Positions 25,082-34,263 are shown, counted from the stretch's first letter. The stretch: DNA of 54,058 bases from Candidatus Pacearchaeota archaeon (GCA_042218235.1 JBDGRI010000023.1:1-54058); one strand, 5' to 3'. Translations and numbers: made by a program. The notes: a model not told the origin generated them from the sequence alone.

Positions 25082-25711
25082 CTATTTCTGAAACATTTCC
25101 TTTGGTTTATCGAGATTTTCTGCTATGTATTGGGCTGTAGGAGTATTTTTATCGGAATCTTTGCTTTGAACATTTAGGGTTTTATAAGCTGAATAAACGA
25201 AAGTTGCCGCTGAAGCAACCCCCGTTGTAGCTGCCATTAAATCATTTCCCTGAAGGCTAATGTAAGTGGATGCAACTGTCCCCAAAGATAAAGAGCCCAC
25301 CATTCCTAATAGAGAGAGTAAAATTTTTCCTCTGTTATTCTCGAATTTTTCATATTCGATTTTGTCTTTTAATTCTTCAAATTGTAATTCATCAACTTTC
25401 CTGATGAAACCGGGATTCTCTATTTTTGGTTGCCATGGCTTTGTGTAAGATTTTTCTTGCTGAGAAGGAATATGGCCAACTATAGAAGGTCCTTCTCTTA
25501 GACCATATGTTAATTGCGGGTATCCCAAGCTTTCTTCTAAGCTTCTTTCTAGTGGAGTAGGTTCTCTTTCACTTGCGGTTTCATATAGGCTTTTCATATT
25601 AAAGAGACTCTTATGTAATTTAAATAATTTTCGGTTTTGTTGTAATTTCGCAGGTACTACCTTCTCTTCTCCAACTTCAGAAAAATTTAAATATTTACAC
25701 CTATCACACAT
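25082..25711 (-). CDS. hypothetical membrane protein
   Basis: 209 aa with C-terminal TM helices. Confidence 0.5.
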   Translation of the reverse strand: MCDRCKYLNFSEVGEEKVVPAKLQQNRKLFKLHKSLFNMKSLYETASEREPTPLERSLEESLGYPQLTYGLREGPSIVGHIPSQQEKSYTKPWQPKIENPGFIRKVDELQFEELKDKIEYEKFENNRGKILLSLLGMVGSLSLGTVASTYISLQGNDLMAATTGVASAATFVYSAYKTLNVQSKDSDKNTPTAQYIAENLDKPKEMFQK

Positions 25712-25730
25712 AGTACAAATATGGAGTAAA

Positions 25731-25970
25731 ATGGTTAATATAACAATGTCTTTGCCGGATGACTTGAAGGAACAGATGGATAGGCATAAGGAGATAAACT
25801 GGAGTGAAATTGCAAGGCAAGCGATTAAAAAGAAGTTGGCGGTTTTGGAAGAGATGGATAAGGCGTTGGCTGATAGTGAGCTTTCCGAGGAAGATGCCGT
25901 AGAATTAGGGAAAAAGGTGAATAAAGAGCTTTCTAAGAAATCTAAGAAAAAGGGTTCTAATAAAAAGTAA
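25731..25970 (+). CDS. ribbon-helix-helix (CopG/VapB-like) protein
   Basis: 79 aa with ITMSLPDDLKEQMD...NWSEIARQAIKKKL, typical of RHH antitoxins. No adjacent toxin was recognised. Confidence 0.5.
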   Translation: MVNITMSLPDDLKEQMDRHKEINWSEIARQAIKKKLAVLEEMDKALADSELSEEDAVELGKKVNKELSKKSKKKGSNKK

Positions 25971-26003
25971 CTTATTTAAAGAGTAGTTTCGGTTTGTTTT
26001 TCT

Positions 26004-26588
26004 ATGGAAGATTATGTTTGTAAGGAAGATTTTTCGAGAGGTCGTATTAAAGATATGGGTGCTTTGAATCGTTTTATGGTTAAGGCTACGCATCATCCCG
26101 AGGCTGAAGAATCGGACAATAATCTTTTGAAGTATTCTGCTATGGCCTTGAGGAATGTTTTTGGGCGTTATGTCGCCGGGAATATGACTTCGGACGAGCA
26201 AAGGCTTTATGGAAATGTTTTCGGGAAGAATCCTGTTGACTTGACTTTGTATAATACAGCTTTTAATGCTTTTACTATGTATCTCGGGACTATTGGATCT
26301 CATGGTGCTGGATTGGAAGGTTGGAGGGATGACTTTGTCGCTTGGGGAATTTGGTCTTTTTGTAATGTTCCGAAAAGTGTTTTGGCCATTAAAAACAATA
26401 AAGGTTATCAGCCTTGGACTGTTGGGGCGTTGGTTCAGAATTCTACTACCTATTGGAATTGGGCTTTGGAAAGAGGTAGAGGTCCAGCAGAGGCTTTGGG
26501 GATTGTTCCTGAGTATAACGGTTTGGAGGATTTAGTTGAGAAAGAAAGTTTTGAAATGGATCCAGATTATAGTTGGGAAGAGGTTTAA
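26004..26588 (+). CDS. hypothetical protein
   Basis: 194-aa ORF with no motif recognised. Confidence 0.45.
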   Translation: MEDYVCKEDFSRGRIKDMGALNRFMVKATHHPEAEESDNNLLKYSAMALRNVFGRYVAGNMTSDEQRLYGNVFGKNPVDLTLYNTAFNAFTMYLGTIGSHGAGLEGWRDDFVAWGIWSFCNVPKSVLAIKNNKGYQPWTVGALVQNSTTYWNWALERGRGPAEALGIVPEYNGLEDLVEKESFEMDPDYSWEEV

Positions 26589-26667
26589 CGTTCTTTTCAT
26601 AAAGTTGAGAAATTTGGCTTAATTACATTGAAGACCAATTAAGCTTATAAATGAAGAGGTTTTTTGA

Positions 26668-27156
26668 TTGCGCGGAGATAAAATGTTTGAGGGAATTGAT
26701 AGATTGAGGTTGGATATGGCACTTAATGATGCTGATTGTATTAGGACGAATTATATTAATTATTTTAGTGGTGGTGTAGAGAGAGGAAGGCAAAAAGATC
26801 CTAAGGATGTTTCTATGTCGAGAGAGATTTTACCTTATTGGTTGAAAAAGTCTGAACAGAATCCCTCGAGAGTCAATTATGAAGGAAACCTAGTTTATGA
26901 TAATAAGTCAAATGATGGATCTTTAGACTCCCTCGAAGACCCTCTTTTGTCTAATGTTAAGTCTATAGAAGATTCTTTGAAATCAAAAGATTCTAGTTCG
27001 TTGAGCGATGAGATTAGTAGATTGAAGGGCCATTTAGACCATATTTCTCAGTTTGGAGGTGAATCGTTTAATAATCGGCAAAGTTACTTTATGAATTCTA
27101 TTTCTCAAAAGTTTAATTTGTATTCCGATTCGGAGAAAGCTTACCAAGCCAAATAA
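26668..27156 (+). CDS. hypothetical protein
   Basis: 162-aa ORF. The likely start is the ATG at 26683. Confidence 0.45.
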   Translation: MRGDKMFEGIDRLRLDMALNDADCIRTNYINYFSGGVERGRQKDPKDVSMSREILPYWLKKSEQNPSRVNYEGNLVYDNKSNDGSLDSLEDPLLSNVKSIEDSLKSKDSSSLSDEISRLKGHLDHISQFGGESFNNRQSYFMNSISQKFNLYSDSEKAYQAK

Positions 27157-27185
27157 TTTTTAATCTTGTTTTGTTTTGAGTTTTT

Positions 27186-27731
27186 ATGGACACTATAGCT
27201 CACTTTCTTTGGGGTTCGGGTTTAGGTAAGATTTCTCGAGATAAGTTTAAGAAGAATTTTTCCTGGGTTTGGACAGGCCTTTGGGCAGTTTTTCCGGATT
27301 TGCTTGCTTTTGGAATTGCGATAGCTTATGCGGTTTTGTTTTTAGGCCAGATTCACGGACCGCATTTTATAACAGATGTTCTTTATCCGATAAGCCATAG
27401 CTTTTTGGTTTTTGGAGTTGTGTTTTTGGCGGTTTTTGCTGTTAAGAGAAGATTTTATTTGGCAATGTTAGGCTGGCCTTTGCACATTTTGTTTGACATT
27501 TTCACACATACAAGTGACTTTTACCCAACGCCTTTCTTATGGCCTCTAGTAGAAACTTCTTTGGATGGAGTTAAGTGGAGTAATCCTGTTTTTATGGTTT
27601 TGAATTATGTTGTTTTGATAGGTTTATTGGTTTATGCTTTTTGGGATGAATTGAAGAAAATGTTTGGTAAGATTCAAGAGAGGTTAGATATGTATGAAAC
27701 ACCAGATGAAATTGGTAAAAGATCCATTTAG
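27186..27731 (+). CDS. membrane-bound metal-dependent hydrolase-like protein (YdjM/DUF457-like)
   Basis: 181 aa, polytopic, with N-terminal TIAHFLWG and a His-rich segment (HILFDIFTH). Confidence 0.45.
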   Translation: MDTIAHFLWGSGLGKISRDKFKKNFSWVWTGLWAVFPDLLAFGIAIAYAVLFLGQIHGPHFITDVLYPISHSFLVFGVVFLAVFAVKRRFYLAMLGWPLHILFDIFTHTSDFYPTPFLWPLVETSLDGVKWSNPVFMVLNYVVLIGLLVYAFWDELKKMFGKIQERLDMYETPDEIGKRSI

Positions 27732-28041
27732 AAGAGTTCAAAGAGGGGAGAAAGTTATCGAGGTTAGGCTTTATGACGAGCAAAGGCAGAAAGTTGAAAT
27801 TGGGGACGAAATTGAAATTCTTAATTATCATAATCGGGAAGAGAGTGTTTTGGTTGAGGTTATCGGCCTTTCGAGGTTTAGGAATTTTTATGATTTGTAT
27901 TCTGCTTTTGACCCGAGTAAGTTTGGGCATACCGAGGGAACTAAGCCTGAAGAACAAGCAGAAAATGACAGGCAGCATTATTCAAGAGAAGATGAAGAAA
28001 AGTATGGAGTTTTAGGAATTCATATTAGGTTGAAGGGTTAG
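27694..28041 (+). CDS. ASCH domain protein
   Basis: 115 aa with PF..V..GEKVIEVRLYDEQRQKVEIGDEIEI, typical of ASCH. Confidence 0.6.
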   Translation: MKHQMKLVKDPFRRVQRGEKVIEVRLYDEQRQKVEIGDEIEILNYHNREESVLVEVIGLSRFRNFYDLYSAFDPSKFGHTEGTKPEEQAENDRQHYSREDEEKYGVLGIHIRLKG

Positions 28042-28849
28042 TTATTAGGATTTCTTTAAGGATTTCTTTTGGATCCTTTTTGATAATCTCATCCCATGTT
28101 AAATCTACTTTCTTCAAATATTCTTTTATTAGATGATATCCAATTGAATACCCTGTCCATAAAGGATATTTCCCAGTTCCATAGAAAACTTTCCCATGTT
28201 CTTCGAAATCTTCACTGTCTAATATTTCCTTTAGTTCTTCAAAATATTTTTGTGCACTTTCTTTGTTTATTGCATTCCCTAAATGACTTTTTTCTCCAGT
28301 AATATGTTCTACGAAGTTTTCTGCGATTCCATCAAAAATAATTTGTTCTCCTATCGACATTTCGTTTATGTTATAGAAAGGGGATAGGGCATGAGTCGCT
28401 TCATGTATTAAAGATTTTTTCATTGATTCTTCCCAGTTTTCTGAAGGGAACATGTGTAAAATTATGGTTTTTTTGAAAGTGCAAAATCCTGAAATGCCAT
28501 CAAGTTTGTCTTTTACAAATTTGGAAGTAGTCGGGAATATAAATATATTTAGGCTTTCCATCGGTATAGAATCTTTTATCTTTCTCAAAGTTTTTCTTAC
28601 AGAATCCGATATTTTTGTTTCCATATTGCCTTCATTTGGAAACTGTTTTTCCGCATCGTTGTTAACAAAATTTAGATGAAATTCCAATGCTTCTTTTTCT
28701 TTCCAACCTGCAAACCCGGAATCTGTATTTGGGCAGTCCTTAGATGCTTCTTTAGCAAATTTCTTGCTTGGTAGACGGTTAGATTTGTCCAAGAATAGAT
28801 AGAGTTCTGCTAAGGTATTTTCGTCATTCTTGATTATTTCTTTTTTCAT
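28025..28849 (-). CDS. HExxH zinc-metalloprotease-like protein (DUF2268-like), last gene of the YcaO operon
   Basis: 274 aa with HEATH and a WTGYSIGYHL tail. Its start overlaps the SagB-like gene by 4 nt. Confidence 0.55.
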   Translation of the reverse strand: MKKEIIKNDENTLAELYLFLDKSNRLPSKKFAKEASKDCPNTDSGFAGWKEKEALEFHLNFVNNDAEKQFPNEGNMETKISDSVRKTLRKIKDSIPMESLNIFIFPTTSKFVKDKLDGISGFCTFKKTIILHMFPSENWEESMKKSLIHEATHALSPFYNINEMSIGEQIIFDGIAENFVEHITGEKSHLGNAINKESAQKYFEELKEILDSEDFEEHGKVFYGTGKYPLWTGYSIGYHLIKEYLKKVDLTWDEIIKKDPKEILKEILITNPST

Positions 28850-29556
28850 TGTTTTTTTCCTAAACCAATTACATATAAAGGAATTTCGTTTTCAGTCAAG
28901 TCAAGTATTTCTGAGACTTTGTCGTTTACATATCCTCCAATTGGGCAGGTCCCTATGTTTTCTCTCTCAGAAGAAAGGATTATATTTTGGCCCATATGTC
29001 CGGCTTCAATTAAAGAAAAGGGATACGCTTTTGCACCATATTTGACTTCTGATCGAGGTATTGCGGATGTTAAAACAATGGCTGCTGCGGGGTTTTCTAA
29101 AGCAGAGATTATTGATTCTTTTTCCTTATCTAGATTCTCTTCTAATAGTGTTTCAAGAGTGTTGTCTAATATATTGTAATGGTATGCTCCTTTTTCGATA
29201 CCTTCAACATTGAAATTGGTCACATATGTCTCTATGGGAAATCTTGCTCCTGCAGAAGGATACGACCTTCTCTCGGGATCTCTATTGTAATCGTTTATCC
29301 TACAAGAATGCAGTATATTTGAAAGCTGTTGGTAACTCATAGGGTCTTTTGAGAACGATCTTATCGATTCTCTTTGGGAAGTTAGTTCTTCAAATTTGTC
29401 CAAATAATTACGAGGCTTTAATTTCCGGGAGGGTAACCTAGGATATGTCTTATGAAATACTTTTACGTATTCTATGGGTGCTTCTTCATTACTGTCGATC
29501 TCCAACTTTTCTTTAAGCTTTGTTTTTTTATAGAAGTTTTTCGTATCTTTTCTCAT
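28846..29556 (-). CDS. SagB-type (nitroreductase-fold) dehydrogenase
   Basis: 236 aa with RESIRSF, RSYPSAGARFPIETYV, AYHYN, IEAGHMGQN and PIGGY. This pattern is typical of azoline oxidases. Confidence 0.7.
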   Translation of the reverse strand: MRKDTKNFYKKTKLKEKLEIDSNEEAPIEYVKVFHKTYPRLPSRKLKPRNYLDKFEELTSQRESIRSFSKDPMSYQQLSNILHSCRINDYNRDPERRSYPSAGARFPIETYVTNFNVEGIEKGAYHYNILDNTLETLLEENLDKEKESIISALENPAAAIVLTSAIPRSEVKYGAKAYPFSLIEAGHMGQNIILSSERENIGTCPIGGYVNDKVSEILDLTENEIPLYVIGLGKKQ

Positions 29557-29557
29557 T

Positions 29558-30802
29558 TTAAGTCATAGGGTGAGGTTTTAGGTTTTTTTCTTTTATTTCT
29601 CCGTAGTGTTTGCTATACAGATATTTTGCATTTTCGTCTAAATATAATGGATGTAGTTCGGGTATGATTACTTTTTTTACCTCTATCCCTTCCTTTTCCA
29701 TTTCAGGGAGAGAAATGTCTGCTTCGAAAACATGGAACCCTCTCTTGTCTAAACTATTTACAATTTCATCTATTCCAATCGGTTTTTTATTTAATTTTTT
29801 ATAGTTTATTTTTTTGGTTGATCCTAGCCAAAAAGGCAAATCGTTTTTTCTTTCGTTGCCGAACCAATAAAAGAACCTATTATCTAAAGAGTTTATTTCA
29901 TTTTCTTTTGGCAGCCTTTCCGGACATTCTATCTCTTTGAGTATTCTGCCTGTTCTTCTGCATTGTATAGATTCCATGATTGATCTTTCTATCGCGTCTT
30001 TATAGTTGAGATCGGCATCTGAGCCTACATTTATTGCTTGCCCCATATTTGATTTGTCGACTGTTACGGTTAATGCTGTAGGAATCTCCAAATCAGAGGT
30101 TGCATCAAACACGTAAGGTTCAAGCTGATATCTTTCCAAGTATTCTTTTGTTTTTTCTATATTTTTAGGAAGGTTCTCTATTAAAGGCAACTCTTTTGCT
30201 TGTAGGTACGCCCCTATGCATGAATCTCTTTCAATAGATTCAAGTAGTCCTTCTTTTCTTGCCCTTCCAGTTCCTTTGAAACCTAATGCTGTACCCGTAG
30301 TTATTCTTTCAAGTCTTATTGGAAATTCTTTGTTAAATTCAGGATTAATATAAATCAATTGTGCCGGCAGGTTTACTTCTTCTCCAGTAGACAAATTCTT
30401 TGCTGGATACCACCGATAAATTTCGTTATCGGCTTTATTTTCAAACTCCTCAATATTTATTTGTTCACTTGAATAGTTCCTGAATAAAGAAGGCCTAACA
30501 TCTTTTCCCGGGTTAAACTTACGCGGTTTGCTAAGGTACTCTTTTTGAGGATTTTCTATGGCCAATCTTTCAAGATATTCTCCATAGGCTTTAACCTTTG
30601 CGCTTTGAGAGTTCTTAGAAATACCTTGTCCATGGACTTCATTTGTTCTGTACTTTTCTTTATCGTTTTCTCCAGAAAAAACTAGGTATTGAGGATATTT
30701 TGGTTCGTCGGTAATTATTATTGTTTCCTCAGGATTAGTCCCTAATCCGGTTTTTTCAAACTTTCTTAAAGCTTCATTTAATCTCATAGGGCACCCTATC
30801 AC
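29558..30802 (-). CDS. YcaO-domain cyclodehydratase
   Basis: 414 aa with GQGISKNSQSAKVKAYGEYLERL, TTGTALGF, ESIERDS, and D.TSDLEIPT. The likely true start is ATG 30787, preceded by the SD GGAGGTGA. Confidence 0.75.
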   Translation of the reverse strand: MIGCPMRLNEALRKFEKTGLGTNPEETIIITDEPKYPQYLVFSGENDKEKYRTNEVHGQGISKNSQSAKVKAYGEYLERLAIENPQKEYLSKPRKFNPGKDVRPSLFRNYSSEQINIEEFENKADNEIYRWYPAKNLSTGEEVNLPAQLIYINPEFNKEFPIRLERITTGTALGFKGTGRARKEGLLESIERDSCIGAYLQAKELPLIENLPKNIEKTKEYLERYQLEPYVFDATSDLEIPTALTVTVDKSNMGQAINVGSDADLNYKDAIERSIMESIQCRRTGRILKEIECPERLPKENEINSLDNRFFYWFGNERKNDLPFWLGSTKKINYKKLNKKPIGIDEIVNSLDKRGFHVFEADISLPEMEKEGIEVKKVIIPELHPLYLDENAKYLYSKHYGEIKEKNLKPHPMT

Positions 30803-31089
30803 CTCCAGGGTTCTTCAGTTAAATCAGAAATCTCTTTTCTACGTCTTCTATTTGGATTTGAGTTAGATGCACTATGGCCACTATTTCCTATAGGTTGGTA
30901 GATCCCTGGTCTTGATCCGCTTTTGCTTTGAGACCCGCTATTACTTTGGCTTTGGGAACTTGATTGACAAGGTCCAGAAGAACCTACTAAAGGGTTATAT
31001 AGGTTAGAACGATTAGTGAGATTATACGGCGCGTTTTCAACTACGCCCTCCATTTCAAGGACTTTTTCCCTATATTTTTCCGCCTCCAT
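30799..31089 (-). CDS. Ser/Gly/Gln-rich small protein, candidate RiPP precursor
   Basis: 96 aa with the central tract GSSGPCQSSSQSQSNSGSQSKSGS. Its stop overlaps the YcaO ORF, and it is the first gene after the TATA box. Confidence 0.5.
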   Translation of the reverse strand: MEAEKYREKVLEMEGVVENAPYNLTNRSNLYNPLVGSSGPCQSSSQSQSNSGSQSKSGSRPGIYQPIGNSGHSASNSNPNRRRRKEISDLTEEPWR

Positions 31090-31113
31090 CTTACTATGTC
31101 TATGTTCCCAGGT

Positions 31114-31123
31114 TATTTAAATC
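31114..31123 (-). promoter_or_regulatory. TATA-like box for the YcaO operon
   Basis: On the minus strand, GATTTAAATA lies 25-33 nt upstream of the ATG at 31089. Confidence 0.4.
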
Positions 31124-31147
31124 TTTTGTTAGACTTTATCAATCGGG

Positions 31148-31948
31148 CTAACCCAATTTCTCCAAAGCTTTAATGCCTTTTTCGGAGTCTCCTACTAAAT
31201 CGGGAGATTCGCAGGCTATTGTTACATTTTTTTCTTCGGGAATGTTTTTTAGGAGGTCTTCCCATTGGCCGTCTTCTAGGTTTTTGTGGTGTTTTTCTCC
31301 TTTGTCTCCGTAGACAATTCCTGAAAAGTGGACGTGCCAGTCTTTCCATGGGAAGAGTTTTGCGATTTTTTGATAATCTACTTTGCCTTCTCTTGCGAGT
31401 AAATGTGCGAAGTCTATACAGAAACTGCAGCCTGTGTCTTTCACTAATTGAGATATTTCTTCCGGGGAGCCGAAAATGTTTATTTTTCCCATTACTTCGG
31501 GGGCTAGTTTTGTTGTCCAGCCTTGCTCTTTTCTTTTTTCTTCCATTTCGGCTACGGCTTTTTTGACGTTCTCGTAAGCTTTTTTCTTTCCTTCTTCAGA
31601 CTTGTCTTTGCCATAATATCCGGGATGGAAAACTACTTTTGTAGCTCCTAGTTCATGGCCTCTTTCAATGCATCTTAGGATTCTTTGTTTGCTTGCTTCG
31701 ATAGTTTGTTTTTTGTCGGAGTTTAGGTTTACGAAGTATGGGGCGTGAATTGTTAAGTTAATTCCAAGTTCTTTTGCTCTTTTTCCGATTTCTTTGGCAT
31801 CTTCCGGGTCTTTTATGTAAACTTGGTAAGTAAAGGCTAGTTCGCACTCTGTAAGGCCCTCTTCGTGATATTGCTCCAAAACACTCTCCGCATTCTGAAC
31901 TGGACCCAATCCTGCTGGACCTATTTTAATGTCTCTTTTTTTGCTCAT
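31148..31948 (-). CDS. endonuclease IV-like (AP endonuclease family 2, TIM barrel) protein
   Basis: 266 aa with HAPYFVNLNS, KVVFHPGYYG and DFAHL metal-ligand-like motifs. Confidence 0.6.
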   Translation of the reverse strand: MSKKRDIKIGPAGLGPVQNAESVLEQYHEEGLTECELAFTYQVYIKDPEDAKEIGKRAKELGINLTIHAPYFVNLNSDKKQTIEASKQRILRCIERGHELGATKVVFHPGYYGKDKSEEGKKKAYENVKKAVAEMEEKRKEQGWTTKLAPEVMGKINIFGSPEEISQLVKDTGCSFCIDFAHLLAREGKVDYQKIAKLFPWKDWHVHFSGIVYGDKGEKHHKNLEDGQWEDLLKNIPEEKNVTIACESPDLVGDSEKGIKALEKLG

Positions 31949-31978
31949 ACTTAATTAGAATTTTCGGAGTTTTTAAGT

Positions 31979-32584
31979 TTAATTTTTACAACGAAAATTG
32001 AGGTAAGCATGATTTTCGTCCATTTTTGTTTTTGAAGACTTTATTATTTCGAAGAATCTTGATAGGATATTTTCTATCTCTTCTTTTTGGTACAGGGAAA
32101 AATATCTTTCGTTTCCTTCAAACTCGGAATTTTGCTTAAAGCCTTCGAAATTCCCTTCTTTCATAGTAATGTAGAATAAGCCTTCCGGTTTTAGGATTTC
32201 TCTTATTTGTTTTAATGTTTCTGGAAGTTTTTCTTTTGGCATATGGAGGAGCGAGGTTCTTGACCAGACTCCGTCGAAAGAGTTTTCTTTGAAATCCAGG
32301 TTTTCAAAATCCATTTGTTGGGATTTTAGGCCTTTTTCTTTACAAATTTTGACCATTGATTGTGAAATGTCTATGCAGGTAGGATTCAACCTTTGTTCTT
32401 TCATTTTTAGAGAGTCATTTCCCGGTCCGCTCCCTAAATCCAAAACTTCTTTTCCGTTTAGGTTTTTGCAGAAGTATTCAAAATCTTCTTTTAGGTAGTT
32501 TTCTACGAAGTTTTCGTCCTTTATTTCTTCATATTCTCTGGCGTAGTTGTCGTAAGTTTCTTTTGTTTTTTCTTTGTACTCCAT
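31979..32584 (-). CDS. class I SAM-dependent methyltransferase
   Basis: 201 aa with motif I VLDLGSGPGND. Confidence 0.7.
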   Translation of the reverse strand: MEYKEKTKETYDNYAREYEEIKDENFVENYLKEDFEYFCKNLNGKEVLDLGSGPGNDSLKMKEQRLNPTCIDISQSMVKICKEKGLKSQQMDFENLDFKENSFDGVWSRTSLLHMPKEKLPETLKQIREILKPEGLFYITMKEGNFEGFKQNSEFEGNERYFSLYQKEEIENILSRFFEIIKSSKTKMDENHAYLNFRCKN

Positions 32585-32657
32585 TTTTTTAAGAGAATTT
32601 CGACTTTATTAAGATTATCGAGAATAAATTTATATAGTAGCGTTACTCTTTTTTAAT

Positions 32658-32900
32658 ATGACAGAACATAGAAATTGGAAAACCCACTTGATATTGCATT
32701 TTGGGTCTTGTAAGAAAAAACCAACAGAAATTGTGAATGATTTGGAAGAAATAGGGTTTGTATCTTCTCTAGGAACTGTAGACTTAACCTATACTTGGGA
32801 TAAGGTTCCCGAGAAGGAAGATGTCCTCCAAATGGCTGACAGAGTAGCCGAAGTTTTGGAAGGGACTGGAGCCATCTTTAATTTGGATACCCACGATTAG
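32658..32900 (+). CDS. hypothetical protein
   Basis: 80-aa ORF. Confidence 0.4.
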   Translation: MTEHRNWKTHLILHFGSCKKKPTEIVNDLEEIGFVSSLGTVDLTYTWDKVPEKEDVLQMADRVAEVLEGTGAIFNLDTHD

Positions 32901-32934
32901 AAACCTATAAAAAAGCTAGATATTTCTTTTAGTT

Positions 32935-33645
32935 ATGGTTGAAGAAAAGAGTGATTTTTCGAACTTGAAAGCATTGTTTATTAATTGTACTTTGAAGAAG
33001 TCTCCTGAGAAAAGTCATACTAACGGTTTGGTTGAGATTTCTCGGAATATTATGGAAAAACAAGGTGTTGAGGTTGAGGAAATTAGGCCTGTCGATTACG
33101 ATATTGCTAATGGGGTTTATCCTGACATGACAGAGAAAGGTTGGGAGAAAGATGATTGGTCTTCGATTTACGAAATGGTTTTGGCTGCGGACATTGTTGT
33201 TATAACTAGTCCTATTTGGTTAGGAGAGAAAAGCAGCGTTTGTAATAAGATTATAGAGAGACTTTATGGAAACAGTCACGAATTGAATGAAAAGGGACAG
33301 TCTGTTTATTATGGTCGTGTTGGCGGTTGTTTGATTACTGGTAATGAGGACGGAGCAAAACATTGTTCCATGAATATTTTGTATTCTTTACAGCATTTAG
33401 GTTTTACAATTCCTCCACAGGCAGATGCTGCTTGGGTTGGTGAGGCAGGACCCGGGCCTAGTTACTTAGACGAAAATTCCGGAGGTCCTGAAAACGACTT
33501 TACAAATAGAAATACGACTTTCATGACTTGGAATTTAATGCATATGGCCTCGATGTTGAAATCCAATAAGGGAATTCCAGATTACGGAAATAATAGGGAG
33601 AAGTGGAAAGAAGGTGAGAGATTTGGCTTTGAGCAGGTTAATTAG
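32935..33645 (+). CDS. flavodoxin-like NAD(P)H-dependent FMN reductase family protein
   Basis: 236 aa with ALFINCTLKKSP...ADIVVITSPIWLGEKSS. Confidence 0.6.
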   Translation: MVEEKSDFSNLKALFINCTLKKSPEKSHTNGLVEISRNIMEKQGVEVEEIRPVDYDIANGVYPDMTEKGWEKDDWSSIYEMVLAADIVVITSPIWLGEKSSVCNKIIERLYGNSHELNEKGQSVYYGRVGGCLITGNEDGAKHCSMNILYSLQHLGFTIPPQADAAWVGEAGPGPSYLDENSGGPENDFTNRNTTFMTWNLMHMASMLKSNKGIPDYGNNREKWKEGERFGFEQVN

Positions 33646-33904
33646 ATTTCTTTGAAGTTTTACTTTTTTTAGGCTTAATACTTCTAGAAGAAACTATTGC
33701 TATGAAAAAGAAAGTAAAGAGGATTATGTCGTTTTCTATGATTAATCCCACTGTCCCTCCAACCAAACCTATTAAGACTAAAAGCTTGAACCATTTTTGG
33801 CCTTCGTCGAGTTCTTCTTTTGTTACTTTTGCTAAGCCGTCTCCAACCGGAATCCCTAAGACTAAAACTACAAGGCCTATAAGTATTTGAACAAATTCAT
33901 TCAT
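33638..33904 (-). CDS. small membrane protein
   Basis: 88 aa with three hydrophobic helices and a basic tail. Confidence 0.45.
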   Translation of the reverse strand: MNEFVQILIGLVVLVLGIPVGDGLAKVTKEELDEGQKWFKLLVLIGLVGGTVGLIIENDIILFTFFFIAIVSSRSIKPKKSKTSKKSN

Positions 33905-34109
33905 GTTTAATTAGAATTAATTGGAGTTTTTAACTTTATTTATCAATCTTCCTAATACCTTGTATCATTGATTTAAGGGATACATTAAATTTTTGAGGAG
34001 ACAAATTATCTGTCATTGATTCATTATTCAATAAATTTTGTCTTTTTTGTTTTATTTACGACATATAGGGTATTCAGCCCGAAAATATAATTTTACTAAG
34101 ACTTATGTA

Positions 34110-34185
34110 AAAAGGTGCCTGACTACTTAGTAAAGCCCTTCTCCGAACCTAAAATTTGGGCATTCCAGCGAAAAAAAGGACGCCG
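34110..34185 (+). promoter_or_regulatory. possible degenerate TPP (THI-box)-like riboswitch
   Basis: GGUGCCUGA...GCCC...GAACCUAAAAUUUGGGCAUUCCAGCGAAAAAAAGGA resembles THI-box GGGGUGC..CUGAGA..ACCC..GAACCUGAUCUGGAUAAUGCCAGCG.AGGGA. The CUGAGA motif and P3 are not intact. It lies about 80 nt upstream of the EamA transporter gene. Confidence 0.25.
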
Positions 34186-34263
34186 ATGCAAACAATTCCT
34201 GATTTTGTTTCGAAAAGTATAAAATAAGTTTTTCTTTTGGTTTCTGTAAAAGAGGTAATTTAG

